From assembly GCF_000372725.1 (NCBI RefSeq), contig NW_005201102.1, forward strand, positions 1 to 64,000: a stretch of DNA of 64,000 nt. Direction: 5' to 3'. Source of the DNA: Emiliania huxleyi CCMP1516. Its lineage: Eukaryota. The position numbers and the translations under genes are program-made. The notes beneath the pieces are model-generated. The model was given only the letters and a program-made list of their open reading frames with translations, was not told the origin of the DNA and searched no databases. Below are positions 1 through 13,393 of the stretch, one piece after another; position 1 is the first letter of the stretch, and every line of letters starts with the position of its first letter.

Positions 1-1029
1 GGCGCCGATCACGAGGAGATTCTTTCCCCAGGAGCGCGACTGCGAGCCCATCTCCCTCACCCCCCGCCGCATCTGCTCACGCAGAGGCAGGTGCTCCGTC
101 TCTTGTTGCAGCTGCGAGTTGAGCGGGGTGAGCACAGCGCCCAGCACGAGCCCAGCGCCGCCGCCGACGACGCCGCTCACAATCGCTTGCATGGTGCAGC
201 TCTCGCGGAAGGCCTGGCCAGGCTCGACGGGCGGCTGCCAAGGCGTGGGGAAGGTGAACGGCATATACAGAGCGAGCGCGCAACAGCTGGGTTCGGATTT
301 TTGGGGGGACGGTACAGTTTTCTGCTATAGCCGCAGCCACTCCCAGCTGCTCGGTGTGAACAGAGTTCGTACACCGAGCAGCAGGGAGCTCCGCAACTCG
401 AGATCCCTCGAGAGTTCACGCGGAGTCGGCTGGGGCTATATACACCAGACAGGTTACAGTTCGCATTAAGAAAACGTCATATGCACAAACCCTACCAAGC
501 GATTTCCGCAAACATCTAAGAAACCACGGCGCGCCGCAGGCGCGGCCCCGAGAAAAGGCCAGATACGAGTGTGAACGGGAGCCCCAGCTGCAGCTCAAAA
601 CTTCTCTTAAGGCGGCGGCGTCGGGGGCGAAGGCGGCGGCGTCGGGGGCAAAGGCGTCGTGCTCTTTGTGGACGACTCGATCTCGGAGCACCTTCGGGAG
701 GATATACGCTCCAACGAACGCGTCGTCCGCTTCCTCTTCTCGCGCACGCGCTCGAGCGCCGCCTCGACGTGAGCCAGAGTGCTTCGTCCGATGTAGATCA
801 CAAAGGAATGTAAGGTTGTACTACCTCCGGTCAATGAAAGATTATCACTCGCGTGCGTCGCGCGGGTGTTGATGTAGCGACCGGTGTTAAGCATGGATTG
901 TGTAGCCCTATGATAGAGCAACACGAGCTACACTGAACTTTTTTATCCATTCGCTTCCTGGGACCCGCCGCATATCACTCAAAATCGCACTTTTCAGCTG
1001 AAAACACGCTCCGTACGGCTACTTTTCGA

Positions 1030-1400
1030 TGCAAATGAGCGCCTTTGCGAGCCCACCAAGGCGCACAACAGCTTCTGCAAAGCTGCTCCGCTAGCACCCT
1101 AAGCCCAATGATCATGAATCGATTGAATACAACCGAAGAAGCCTTGTGGTGACCTGAGCATGTCGTACGGCAGCACCAGATTGAGCAAGACACCTTTGGA
1201 GTGCACGCGGGCGCCATGAGCGGCATGTGGCAAAAATGGTCTGCGGACCAGCCGTAGCGATCCCTGCTGCAGCTGACGATTGCTGACACCAAAATTCGAG
1301 TAGAGGGCCCCGTGTGTAGCCCTCTTTTTGGTATAATAAACAAGAGGGAAATCCGAGGAACACTCATGTGTTTTGTCGGCTTCTGTAACAAATGAACTCG
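1030..1400 (-). mobile_element. Possible degraded Penelope-like retroelement RT C-terminal fragment
   Basis: Lower-GC stretch. The minus frame reads RRPFLPHAAHGARVHSKGVLLNLVLPYDMLRSPQGFFGCIQSIHDHWA*GASGAALQKLL, loosely resembling the helical segment after PLE reverse transcriptase; there is an in-frame stop. Confidence 0.3.
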
Positions 1401-1487
1401 AGGGCACAGGACGCGGCACAAACGGGGTACCCCAAAAGGCACAGGCTTCTTGTCGGCTTCTGTAGCGGGCAAGTCCCGTTTTTTTCC

Positions 1488-1537
1488 GGCGCCCCGGCCC
1501 CGGTTGTGAGGCTGATGACCGCACCCCAAGTGCTCCG
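1488..1537 (+). repeat. Partial copy of the CTCCAAGTG-ending dispersed repeat
   Basis: ccccggccccggttgtgaggctgatgaccgcaccccaagtgctcc matches the 3' part of the copies at 7133, 19938, 20143, 23087(rc) and 33890. Confidence 0.65.
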
Positions 1538-1575
1538 GCAACAAACCCACCGCTTGCACGGGTGAATTCACCCTC

Positions 1576-1810
1576 CTACCAGGCGGCGCGCCTCATACTC
1601 CGCCCACCCCGCCCCGCCAGCTCCAGAGGCTGCAAGTGTTCGCACGGTTCGCCGGTGCGCAGGCAGAGCTCGTAGCGCAGGTACTCGTAGGCGAGGCCTC
1701 GGGCCGTCCACCAGTCAAAGGCGCGCGCATAGCGGAGCATGCCGGCTTTCAGCGCGGCGTACCTCTCGTCGGAGACCCTCGCCAGCAGCGTGTGCAGCTG
1801 CGGAATGTCT
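1576..1810 (-). CDS. Terminal exon of an exostosin (GT47)-like glycosyltransferase; upstream exons not seen
   Basis: CAG acceptor, then DIPQLHTLLARVSDERYAALKAGMLRYARAFDW...AYEYLRYELC, which resembles an exostosin-family C-terminus. Confidence 0.55.
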
Positions 1811-1825
1811 GGGGCGGCGGGCGGG

Positions 1826-2697
1826 CGATGCGTCATCCTCGCCCTACGCGCCGCGTGGGGCACCGCTGTGCGAATGGAGCCGAAAGCCCACCTCGGTCAG
1901 AGTTACAACAAACAACCCGACGTGGACGCGGACAACATTGGCAAGGACGGCACGCACATTGCGGAGATGTCAAGGTCGTCTGTTCCCTCAGCAGCAGCGG
2001 GGAGCACGGTCGGAAGGGCGCTTTTGTCGCTTTCGGCAACACTGAATCATTCTACCGGAACATGGTCATGGGGCATGGGCCCTACTGCGAGGAGGGAGAG
2101 GGAGGTGGGGGGCAGGGAGAGGGGGGGGGAGAGGAGGAGGGGGGGGGGGGGGGTACGGGGGGGCGGCATGGAGGGGGAGAGGACCAGCAAGGGCGAAAGA
2201 GGGCAAGGGACTGGGCGCTGGCATACCAGGGGGGGCAGGGTGGTGGGCGGCGACCGCCCCATACCGTCCTACGGGGGGGACTATCGCTACCCCAGGGAAA
2301 ACAAGGGCGTCCAAATGCAGCTGCTGCTGTTCGAATCGTTCGGCGGGTTCGGAAAGGGGGTCCGTGAAATCCTCAGGAAGGCGGCGGACGTACTACAGAA
2401 CAAGCTGACGCGGGCCCAGTACCTCGATGAGGTGACTTGGACCACCAAAAGCTGGCTGGGGCTGCAAAAACAGCGCATCTCAGTCGTTCTTCACACGGCA
2501 ATCCCAAAACAAATTGTGAATGAGCTTGCCTGTGGCGGGGGTGGGCGGGTGCACGGAGCTAAGTGCCTCCCCACCCTCCCAGGAGTCGCTTAGGCGGCTC
2601 CCGTGGTGTACCTGTGTTAGTGCCAGTGCGAGCCAGTCCCGTGCCCAGTCCTGTGCCCAGTGTCGTGCGAGGGAGTTTTGTTCTAAAATTCTTTTCC
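1826..2697 (+). mobile_element. 5'-truncated, frameshifted non-LTR retrotransposon (RLE-type, CRE-like) 3' end
   Basis: KQPDV...(frameshift)...GDVK forms a PD-(D/E)xK core. It is followed by LLFESFGGFGKGVREIL...WLGLQKQRISVVLH, typical of the C-terminus of restriction-like-endonuclease retrotransposons, and then a CCAGT-rich 3' UTR ending AATTCTTTT. Confidence 0.65.
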
Positions 2698-2719
2698 TCG
2701 CGATGTCCACCCCGCCGGG

Positions 2720-3015
2720 NNNNNNNNNNNNNNNNNNNNNNNNNNNNNNNNNNNNNNNNNNNNNNNNNNNNNNNNNNNNNNNNNNNNNNNNNNNNNNNNN
2801 NNNNNNNNNNNNNNNNNNNNNNNNNNNNNNNNNNNNNNNNNNNNNNNNNNNNNNNNNNNNNNNNNNNNNNNNNNNNNNNNNNNNNNNNNNNNNNNNNNNN
2901 NNNNNNNNNNNNNNNNNNNNNNNNNNNNNNNNNNNNNNNNNNNNNNNNNNNNNNNNNNNNNNNNNNNNNNNNNNNNNNNNNNNNNNNNNNNNNNNNNNNN
3001 NNNNNNNNNNNNNNN
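2720..3015. other. Assembly gap
   Basis: Run of N. Confidence 1.
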
Positions 3016-3842
3016 CACCTGCTTCACTGATGCGCACATGCACACACATGCACATGCGCATGCACATGTCACATGCACATGCACATGCAATGCACATGTC
3101 ACCGCCTGCTGCATCTCGGCAAGGCGCTTCTGATCCCGTCGGCGCTCGAGCTCGAGGCGGCGGGCGCTCCGGCGGCGGCACGCCGCCCGGGCAGAGCTCC
3201 GCAAGCAGTGAGCTGATGAGGCGCGAGTTCAGACACCTAGGCGGGCAGCTCGCCCGTCGGGCAGCAGCTGCCGCTCTTTGGCTGCCTCGAGATCTCCCGT
3301 GACGGCGGGCCGGGCAGGGGTCCGATCCTCCCTCTCTTCATGAGCCGCTCCGACGCGCTGGCGGCGGTGCGAAACCACGAGTAAAAGGGGGGAGGGGCGG
3401 AGTTCGGGCCGTGAGCCGCGGAGCTCGGGCCCCATATGCTTGCTGACTGGGCCGTCGACAACACACCGCGTGTTAAAGAGAGGGTGGGGATGTCACGGGG
3501 AGAGGTATCGTCCTAGGCGCACATCTCGGCTGCACCTCGGCTGCACTTCGGTTGCATCTCGGCTGCATCTCGGCTGCACTCGGCTGCATCTCGGCCACAA
3601 CATGCATGTACATGTGGCCGCCCTCCGCTAACCTTTGCTCGTGGACCCAGGTGCGAGACGCCGCCGACGCGACCGAGGGAGAGGGCGGCGCGGACGACTT
3701 TTGACGCGACGCTCTTCACGGGATGTCCGATGGAAGGGACTCACATGAGTGACGAGCTGGCGAGTAGGTGCGGGCCGGTGGGCGAGGGAAAGCTCTCGGC
3801 ACCCCTCCCCCCATGAGACGGCCGTCTTGCCTCTGGCGGAGG

Positions 3843-4040
3843 GTAGGCGCGGCCGACGACCTCGACGTGATGTGCCTCTCGCTGGACCGCGCCGTGGAGT
3901 TGCTGCTCACCGTCGAGGGGACCGGGTTCGAGTTTGTTCCGCCGTCGGCCTCGCTCGACTTTATCGATGCGACCATCCGCAGCGAGGGGTGGGGCAACTC
4001 TCACGCGCCCTCCTCCGCGTCCGCCGCCGGCGACGCGTGA
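3843..4040 (+). CDS. Probable terminal exon of an unidentified gene
   Basis: Coding-like VGAADDLDVMCLSLDRAVELLLTVEGTGFEFVPPSASLDFIDATIRSEGWG...stop; no family recognised. Confidence 0.3.
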   Translation, partial: VGAADDLDVMCLSLDRAVELLLTVEGTGFEFVPPSASLDFIDATIRSEGWGNSHAPSSASAAGDA

Positions 4041-4412
4041 GAGTCCGCAGGGCTGGCATCGCGGACAGAAAGGAGTGAGGGACCACAAGAAAAACAAAAA
4101 CTCAAGGAAGGAGGCGGAAAATCACCTCACATGTTCTTCACGAAAAAATTGAAGAAATAAAGCGGAGACGAAAACAACATAATTGGGCACTCTGCCCTAC
4201 CCCTAGCTCGGCACCGGGGCGCGGGGGCACCGCCCGCTCCCTCGAGTAAAATACAAACTGCGCCAGCCTGTGCCCGGCGGCCCCTCCGGCCTGTGATTGC
4301 ATTCACACTCAGCCTGTGTGTAACAGCTCACAGCTCACACTCTTCGATTTTTCTCGCGATAAAAGGAGAATTACGTCATCAAAATGCACGGACGCTCTCT
4401 TCGCTCTGCGTA

Positions 4413-6602
4413 CTACGAGCGCTGCGCTGCCTCCGCCGCAGTCCTGGCAGTGGCCGCCCTGGCCCTCGAAGCGGCCGCAGCAGCACGCTTCGCGTCTGCA
4501 GCGGCCGCCGCCTCCTCAAGCGCCGCCTCGCTCTGTTCACGCGCCGCCATAGCCACCGCCAACCTTGCCTCCAGCGCCGCCTTGGCCTCCTCCAGCGCCG
4601 CCTTGGCCGCCGCTTCCGCCGCCCTGGCCTCCGCCCTCGCCACCTTGGCAGCTGCCAGCGCCGCCTCGGCCGCCGCCTCTTCCTCCTCGTCCGCCTCCGC
4701 CGCGTCCTCCGCCTCGTCCGCCTCCGCGTCCAAACGCACCGCCTTAGCCACCTCTGCCGACGCCGCCGCCTGGCTCTCCGCCGTGATGCCGAGCCGGATC
4801 CGCTCCTCGTGACACTTCTCGAGAAGCCGGAGCAGCCCCTCCCTGTCCAACGGCGCGGGCTTGGCTGCGGCTGCCTCTGCCGGCGCCTCGGCACCCTCCT
4901 CCGTCTCCTGCGACGGCCCCGCCCCGCCCGCCCCGCCGCCCTTCTTCTTCTTCTTGCCCTTCTTGCCCTTGGCGCGCTTCTCCGCCTCGACCTCCGCCAG
5001 CAGCTCCTCGGCGTGCCGCGCCGCCTCCTTCTCCTGCGCCGACCTCTCCGCCTCCCTCGCCGCCGCCTTCGCAGCCCTCGCCGCCTCCTCCGCCGCCGCC
5101 TCGGCCGCCGCCTTGGCCACCGCATGCTCCTCGAGGGCGCGCGCACACTCGGGGTGGCCCTTCTCCTTGGCATAGTGCAGCGCGGTCATGCCTTTGTTAT
5201 TGCACAGCGTCATATCTGCGCCCGCCCTCAGCAGCTGCCGCACGACGTCGGATTGTCCAAAATAAGCGGCAAGAATCAGTGCGGTATCGCCGTCGATGGC
5301 CTGCAGGTTCATCGCCGCGCCGTGCCGGATCAGCGTGTCGACCACCCGCTCGTGGCCGTTCCCGGCGGCGTGCATCAGCGCAGTGTAGCCATTGCGGCAA
5401 TTCGGGTCGATCTCCGCGCCGTGCCGAATGAGCGTGTCTACCACCCGCTCGTGGCCTCTGTATGCGGCCTCCATCAGCGCAGTGCCGCCGGTCGTGCAGC
5501 GTCTCTGATTGATCTCCGCGCCGTGCCGCAATACCAGCTCGACCAACTTCTCGTAGCCGTTGGTGGCGGCGAGAACCAGCGCGGTGCCACCGCCGCTGCT
5601 CTGCAACGAGACATCTGCGCCGCGCCGCAGAAGCGCCTCAGCTAGCGCCTCGTGGCTGCACGCGGTTGCGACCATCAGCAGCGTCATGCCGCTCAAACGG
5701 GTGCCATCACTAAAGGTGTACTCGAACGTCACGTCGATCCGCCCGCCGCAATCGAGCCACGCCAGCACCGCCGCCTCCTCGCCTCGCTTTGCCGCTAGCA
5801 TCACCTCCTCTAGCACCGCCCCGCTGCTCGGCGCGGCCGCCTCTCCACCCTCGCCGCTCGCCGCCGCCTCGCTCGCGTCTTCTCCTCCCGCCTGCGCGCC
5901 GCCTGCCTCAGCCGACGGCGCCTTGCTCCGCGCCGCACCCAGCTCCCCGAGGTACGTCCTGAAAGCATCGACGCACTCGGTGCGGCCCGCCTTTGTGGCA
6001 ATCTGCAGCGCCGTCCTGCCGCCGCTAGTGCGCAACGTCATGTCAGCGCCCGCCCGCAGCAAACGAAGCACCACGGCGGGATGGCCGTAGTGCGCGGCGA
6101 ACATCAGCGCTGTGCTGCCGGCGCTGTCCTGCAGGTTGATCTCTGCGCCGCGTCGACTCAGCGCGTCGACCACCCGCTCATCGCCGCCACCTGAGGCCTG
6201 CATCAGCGCAGTCATGCCATTGCGGCCTTTCTGGTCGATCTCCGCGCCGTGCCGCAATGCCAGCTCGACCAGCTTCTCGCGGCCGTTAAAGGCGGCGAGG
6301 CTCAGCGCGGTGCAGCCGTTGCTGTTCTTCAACGAGACATCCGCACCGCGCCGCAGAAGCGCCTCGGACAGCCCCGCGTAGCCGTTGGCCATTGCGAGCA
6401 TCAGCAGCGTCATGCCGCTCGAACAGCAGCCGACACCAAAGGTGTACTCGAACGTCGCGTCGACCCGCCCGCCGCCGTCAAGCCACGCCAGCACCGGCGC
6501 CTCCTCGCCTTGCCCAGCCGCTATCACGACCTCCTCTGGCACCGCCTCGCTGCTCGGCGCGGCCTCCGCGCCACCCTCGCCGCTCGTGCGGACTGCGTTC
6601 AT
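4413..6602 (-). CDS. Ankyrin-repeat protein with Ala/Glu-rich coiled-coil tail
   Basis: 729-aa intronless ORF with two blocks of ankyrin repeats (GxTALMxAAxxGHxxVVxxLLxxGA), then EELLAE...KGKKGKKKKK and an Ala-rich tail. Confidence 0.93.
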   Translation of the reverse strand: MNAVRTSGEGGAEAAPSSEAVPEEVVIAAGQGEEAPVLAWLDGGGRVDATFEYTFGVGCCSSGMTLLMLAMANGYAGLSEALLRRGADVSLKNSNGCTALSLAAFNGREKLVELALRHGAEIDQKGRNGMTALMQASGGGDERVVDALSRRGAEINLQDSAGSTALMFAAHYGHPAVVLRLLRAGADMTLRTSGGRTALQIATKAGRTECVDAFRTYLGELGAARSKAPSAEAGGAQAGGEDASEAAASGEGGEAAAPSSGAVLEEVMLAAKRGEEAAVLAWLDCGGRIDVTFEYTFSDGTRLSGMTLLMVATACSHEALAEALLRRGADVSLQSSGGGTALVLAATNGYEKLVELVLRHGAEINQRRCTTGGTALMEAAYRGHERVVDTLIRHGAEIDPNCRNGYTALMHAAGNGHERVVDTLIRHGAAMNLQAIDGDTALILAAYFGQSDVVRQLLRAGADMTLCNNKGMTALHYAKEKGHPECARALEEHAVAKAAAEAAAEEAARAAKAAAREAERSAQEKEAARHAEELLAEVEAEKRAKGKKGKKKKKGGGAGGAGPSQETEEGAEAPAEAAAAKPAPLDREGLLRLLEKCHEERIRLGITAESQAAASAEVAKAVRLDAEADEAEDAAEADEEEEAAAEAALAAAKVARAEARAAEAAAKAALEEAKAALEARLAVAMAAREQSEAALEEAAAAADAKRAAAAASRARAATARTAAEAAQRS

Positions 6603-6615
6603 ATGTGTTTATGTT

Positions 6616-7105
6616 TGAGCTTAGCCCTTCGATGTTATGAAAACAAACGCAAGGCGCACATGGCATATCGCTCTCGGGCTCACAGACATCCCTCACACCC
6701 GCCGCACACCCGCCGCCCCCGCGCGCGCCCCACCCCGGCCGGGAGAAAGGGGAGTGACAGTTTGGGATTACGAGCCCGAGTATGTTGAGTCCTGGCTCAA
6801 CAACGCAGAGAACAAGAGGGGGTGGTCCGGCTCACAAGTCCGGCTCACGCGCCTCGAGCTCGCCATCTACCGCACTGAACACTTCCGCCCCCTCGCTCCC
6901 AACCCACCCACCTCGCCGACCGCAGAACCGCGCGATCTCGGGCGATCTCGGGCCGCGCCGCGCGATCTCGGGCGATCTCGCGCTATCTCGGAGCTCCACG
7001 CCACGCCGCCCCCCCCACCCCCCACCCCACCTCACCCACCGCCGCGCCGCGCTATCTCGGGCGATCTCGGAGCGTCGCTCGCGCGGCGTCACACCTGCTC
7101 AAAAA
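6616..7105 (+). mobile_element. ~490-bp non-coding dispersed element, copy 1
   Basis: Homologous to 46105-46532 (rc) and partly to 38360-38520 (rc). Flanked by the 9-bp direct repeat GTTTATGTT (6607-6615 and 7106-7114). Confidence 0.75.
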
Positions 7106-7132
7106 GTTTATGTTAAAACATTCTGTGTTTCA

Positions 7133-7260
7133 CGCGCACCCCCCAGGGCTAGGGCTCTCTTGCCCGCAACCCGATGTCGAGCATCCGGCCCGCTGGGTGC
7201 GCTTCATAGCTCCCCGGCCCTGGATGTGAGGTTGCCGAATGCACTCCAAGTGCTCCAAGT
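7133..7260 (+). repeat. CTCCAAGTG-ending dispersed repeat (possible retroelement terminal repeat)
   Basis: gggctagggctctc...ccggcccgctgggtgcgcttc...ccccggccctggatgtgagg...gcactccaagtgctccaagt; several copies in the window. Confidence 0.85.
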
Positions 7261-7569
7261 TTCATACCAGAATGGCTGTGCTGGCTCCTAAATAGCCATC
7301 TTACCTAAGGATGACTGAGATGATACGGGTGCTGAGATGCTCCTCTCCTAGATGCCGCTCCGCATGACCAGGAGGCTCCTGAGCGTGTGTTCTCTGGAGG
7401 AGGCTTCCCTGCCCTGGACGCTGGAGGTGGAGCTGGGGACCTGCGCGGATGATACGGCTTTAAGAGGGGGAATAAAAGCCGTTTGGGGGTTCGGGTGTGG
7501 GTGGGTGGGTGGGTGGGGGTGGGGGTGGGGATGGGGGCTCCTTGCTTTGGTTTTGCGCGGCGCAGCGCA

Positions 7570-7801
7570 CACCGCAAAAAAGGAGGGAATCGTTGTTGGA
7601 TGCCTGCTCAAGGTTGTCGCAATGGCGAGCGATGACGAGGGACTCACGCTCAGCGTGACGAGCAAGCTCAGGGAGTTTACGGCGCTCGGATACCCCTCAC
7701 ACGTGCTTAATGGGGCTATCGGGCGCGCGTTTGCCCGGACAAGAGACGAGCGGCTCCTTCGGGCCAGACTATGTTCACAACGGTGGGAGGCCAACCTCTA
7801 G
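7570..7801 (+). mobile_element. Penelope-like RT C-terminal fragment
   Basis: KKEGIVVGCLLKVVAMASDDEGLTLSVTSKLREFTALGYPSHVLNGAI fits the K-x-G...S...F-xxx-GYP pattern that follows the PLE RT core. Confidence 0.45.
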
Positions 7802-8388
7802 CCATGTGAACCAAAAAGAAAAATATGTATGTATTTTAGGGGACGGCTCGATTGGACGGAGGGTGGACGCGTCCAGGGGGGTCTCGGGGGATCAGGCACT
7901 GGGATTTTGCATCTCGGCTGCATCCAATGGCGATGGGCTGGCCTCACGGTCACGTCGGCGAGGACAGCGACGGCGTTGTTGGTGGAGCGCAGGGGCGAGG
8001 GCGTCGACCGACGGGCGGCGCGCCAGGAGCCCCTTCTGCTGGCGCGGTAGCGGGTAGGTCACGGAACGACGGGTCGAGCCCCTCCGCCAATTGAGGCGGC
8101 GGTCGAGACGGTGAGCGGCTGACGTCCTCGCGGGCGTGGCGGAGTACGGCCGACACTACGTGCTGCGGCAGCCCGCGGCGAGCCTCTCCTCTCCTTAGAG
8201 GAAGAGACGTGGAGGCAGGTGACGCTCGGCGCCGGCAGCGCGGCCCCTAATACCAGCGGCGGGGCGAAGCGAGCGACGGCGAGAAGAGCGACGGCGAGGC
8301 TGGGGACGCGCTGCCGTCCAGCGCGACCGACGTCGGCGGCGCGGTCGCCACCGGCGGCGAGGGGAGCGGCGTCGAGAGGGGCTAACCA

Positions 8389-8610
8389 CATGGTCGTGCT
8401 CGCTTACCTCAAGCGCGACCTCGCCAACGAGCTCGACAAGAACAACGACGGCAAGATCGACTCGTCCGAGGCGGCTGGGCAGGGGCAGGGATACCTCGAT
8501 ATGCTCGGCTCGCAATTCGCCGCCAGAGGAGCGGTGCCGCCGGGATCGGCGCCGGCGGCGACGGGGCTATCCGTCGATGGCCCGGCGGTGCACGCGGTGC
8601 AGCGCCCGTT
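8389..8610 (+). CDS. EF-hand-containing gene fragment
   Basis: Canonical 12-residue loop DKNNDGKIDSSE after a helix (LAYLKRDLANEL); gene limits unclear. Confidence 0.4.
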
Positions 8611-9235
8611 AGGTTGTGATATGTACAAGGGAGGGATCTCGAGGCACGAGAGAGGGATGGGAGGGATGGGAGGGATGGGAGAACGGCACAGCCACAGGCC
8701 GCCACGCCGCCACCACACACACAGGACTAAGGAAAGAGAAGTAGAGAACAGCTTAGCGAGATGAATGATTTGTGTGGACCCCCCTTGGCTTGCCGCGATT
8801 AGAGTGGATAAAGCGCCTGTTCACGGCATGGAGGGTGAGCCACGCTGAACGCAAGGAAGCCGGGGAAGACGACTCCGAGGTGGACGAAACACCTGTGGTA
8901 ATCCCGTCGTCAAGCTGTCACGATACACCCAGAGCCCATTCTCATCAGCCCTGCCCCGCAGCGCGGCCGCTCGCCAAGCCCCGCAGATGAGTGGTCAGAT
9001 GGATAGTGCCAGAGAGTGAGGGGTCCAGGGGGGAGCACAAATAGGACGCCCAGCCCTGCCCTCGTGCTGCCGAGTGCACATATCCTATGCGAGAGAGATC
9101 CCCTGTGCCCTGTGCCCAGCCCTCTCCGCGCGGCGATGAGCCCTCCCCCCTCGCTTTTGCAAAATCCTGCAAAGGTGGGGACGTGTCTGTCCTGGGCCAG
9201 AGGCGGCAGAGGCGGCGGAGCAGCATCTGCCCTGA

Positions 9236-9421
9236 GGGAGGGTGTAGAGGATGTAGAGTGTAGAGCGCTGTAGAGCTGTAGAGATGTAGAGCGCTCTGGA
9301 GCGCTGTAGAGCTGTAGAGCTCTACATCCGCCGCGTGACGATGCGCCTCCGTTGTAGAGCGATGTAGAGCGCGATTTTGCTGTAGAGTTTGTTGTAGAGG
9401 CTCTACAGCCAAACCGCCGGG
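9236..9421. repeat. TGTAGAG-rich dispersed element
   Basis: Many TGTAGAG/CTCTACA motifs; a related copy lies at 63085-63250. Confidence 0.75.
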
Positions 9422-10595
9422 AAGGCAGTGACTCAAAGAGGTCGAGCCGCGCTAATGGGGTGTCGTACTTTTTGTGGATCGCTCCGCTGCCGCCGATTGC
9501 CCCATGTGCAGCGCAGAGATCCCAGCAGCTGAAGATGCCGCGTCCGAGTCGAGGGATATAAAGAGCATAGACGGGCGGCTCCTTCTTCTTCTTCCCTTTG
9601 CCGGCGGCCCAGACCCCAGGTAGTAACGTGGCGAGGGTGATGGCTGGTCTGGAGCTGAAGGCGGCGACGCAGAGTTGAGCGGTGTACGGGTTGAAGATGA
9701 TGTGAGATATGTCGTAAAGAATGTCGTAAAGGATGACGAGCGAGGGCTCTGAGAGCGAGGGCTCTGAGAGGCATTGTAGGCCATTTAGGGCCGCTTAGAC
9801 GGTCCACTGAGTAGGCCAAAAATAAATCGCAACCTTAAGAAAAGTGCTCGCAAAACTTAAAGCGCGCACCCCGAGATTCAAAACGCCAACACACGGCGCC
9901 GCAAGCGAGACAAGCCAGGTAGGTAGCGGTAGGTAGAAAGGTGAAGAACAGCCAGGCTCGGACCACTGGACACCAACGCGGTATGGGTGGACGTATTCTC
10001 AAAGCCAGTCAGAGCACCGTCCAAAGGCGGGTGCTGTCGACTAAGGGACAATCTTGTCTGTCGGCAGCCGAACTTGTGATGGGACACCCTCGGAATCCAA
10101 CTGCGTACTACTTGGCTAGCACGCTATTGGCATACCGACGGCTAAGGCCGAAATCGGTTCACACCTGCTCTTGCAGGTGTGAACACAAAGGATTCGCTGT
10201 ATCAACTCAGCTGCTCCGCTTACACTTACCTGTGAAGTGTGAACAGCGGATTTTGAATCAGCGTTCTCCTTGAACGATATCGGTGTCGAAACACCGCTCT
10301 GACAGCGCTCACAGCTGCGAAAAGACGCCGAGAATAAGGGATCAAAAACGCGAGCAGAAGGCCAATCAGAAGGGGCGACTCAGCGCCGGGCCAGAGGCAG
10401 CGAGACACGGGCCAGGGCGTGCGCGCGACGGCATCGCGGTCCACGCAAGCAGATGATCAGCCCGACCACCCTGCTCTGAGTTGGTTCCCCCCTCGCCGCT
10501 CCTCCGACGCGAGGAGGCTCGAGCAGCGCCCAGTTTTGCCCTGAGGCCTTCCGTGCGTCGCAAGACTACTGGCCGAGCGCAAGCCGCTGCGGTGC

Positions 10596-12814
<2,219 letters not shown>

Positions 12815-13393
12815 CGTCGGGTTGTATCGCCAGCGTTTTGGGCGGATATTCTATCGAAAAGAGAAAACCGAGCGGCGTGACTGCACTCCGACCCGCCAAT
12901 CCGGAGGGCCAGGACCGGAGGGCCCCGGGCGAGACCTGGAGTCAACTGTCGGGGGAGGGGAGGATCGAGCTGACTCGGCCTCTGCGAGTGGAGTCGGGCC
13001 GTGCGAGCCCACCGGAGGTAGACCCGTCGCGGCGGCGGCCGGGGACCACCGCGATCTACGGCAAGGGGAGCCACGGCCCTCCGAGCTCGATGAGGGGCCA
13101 GCGGAGGGGAGGGGCGAGCCGAGGACGATAGAGAGACCGCGGATGCGGGCGCGACTCGTCGACCAGGGAGAGCCGGCCCGACCTCCCTGGGCGGGGAGGC
13201 GACGCGACCCTATGCCGCCGTCCTCGCCCGGGGAAACCTCGGCCGGGCCGTCGACACTCTCGGAACCGGTGGAGCCGGGAGAAGCCGGCGAAGACGAAAG
13301 GCGGCAGCGGAGAAAGCGACACCAACAACGAGGGAAACGACCACACCGGCCGTCGTATGACGCTCGGCAAGCGAGCAAGAGAACGAATCGGGG

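Noticed and set aside
605..775. HAD-like VLFVDDS fragment
   Set aside because: Too short, with no other HAD motifs or gene context.
1510..1545. Hammerhead ribozyme (CTGATGA + stem)
   Set aside because: There is no GAAA after stem II and no stem I/III pairing was found; the other copies read CTAATGA or TTAATGA.
4293..5645. Long Arg/Pro/Ala-rich ORFs antisense or frameshifted to real genes (also 35271-36875, 38560-39939, 42238-44148, 42737-44098)
   Set aside because: Shadow ORFs caused by high GC and few stops; they carry no domain motifs.
9960..10080. Integrase-like VWVDVFSKP motif
   Set aside because: A single short motif with stops nearby and no other DDE residues recognisable.
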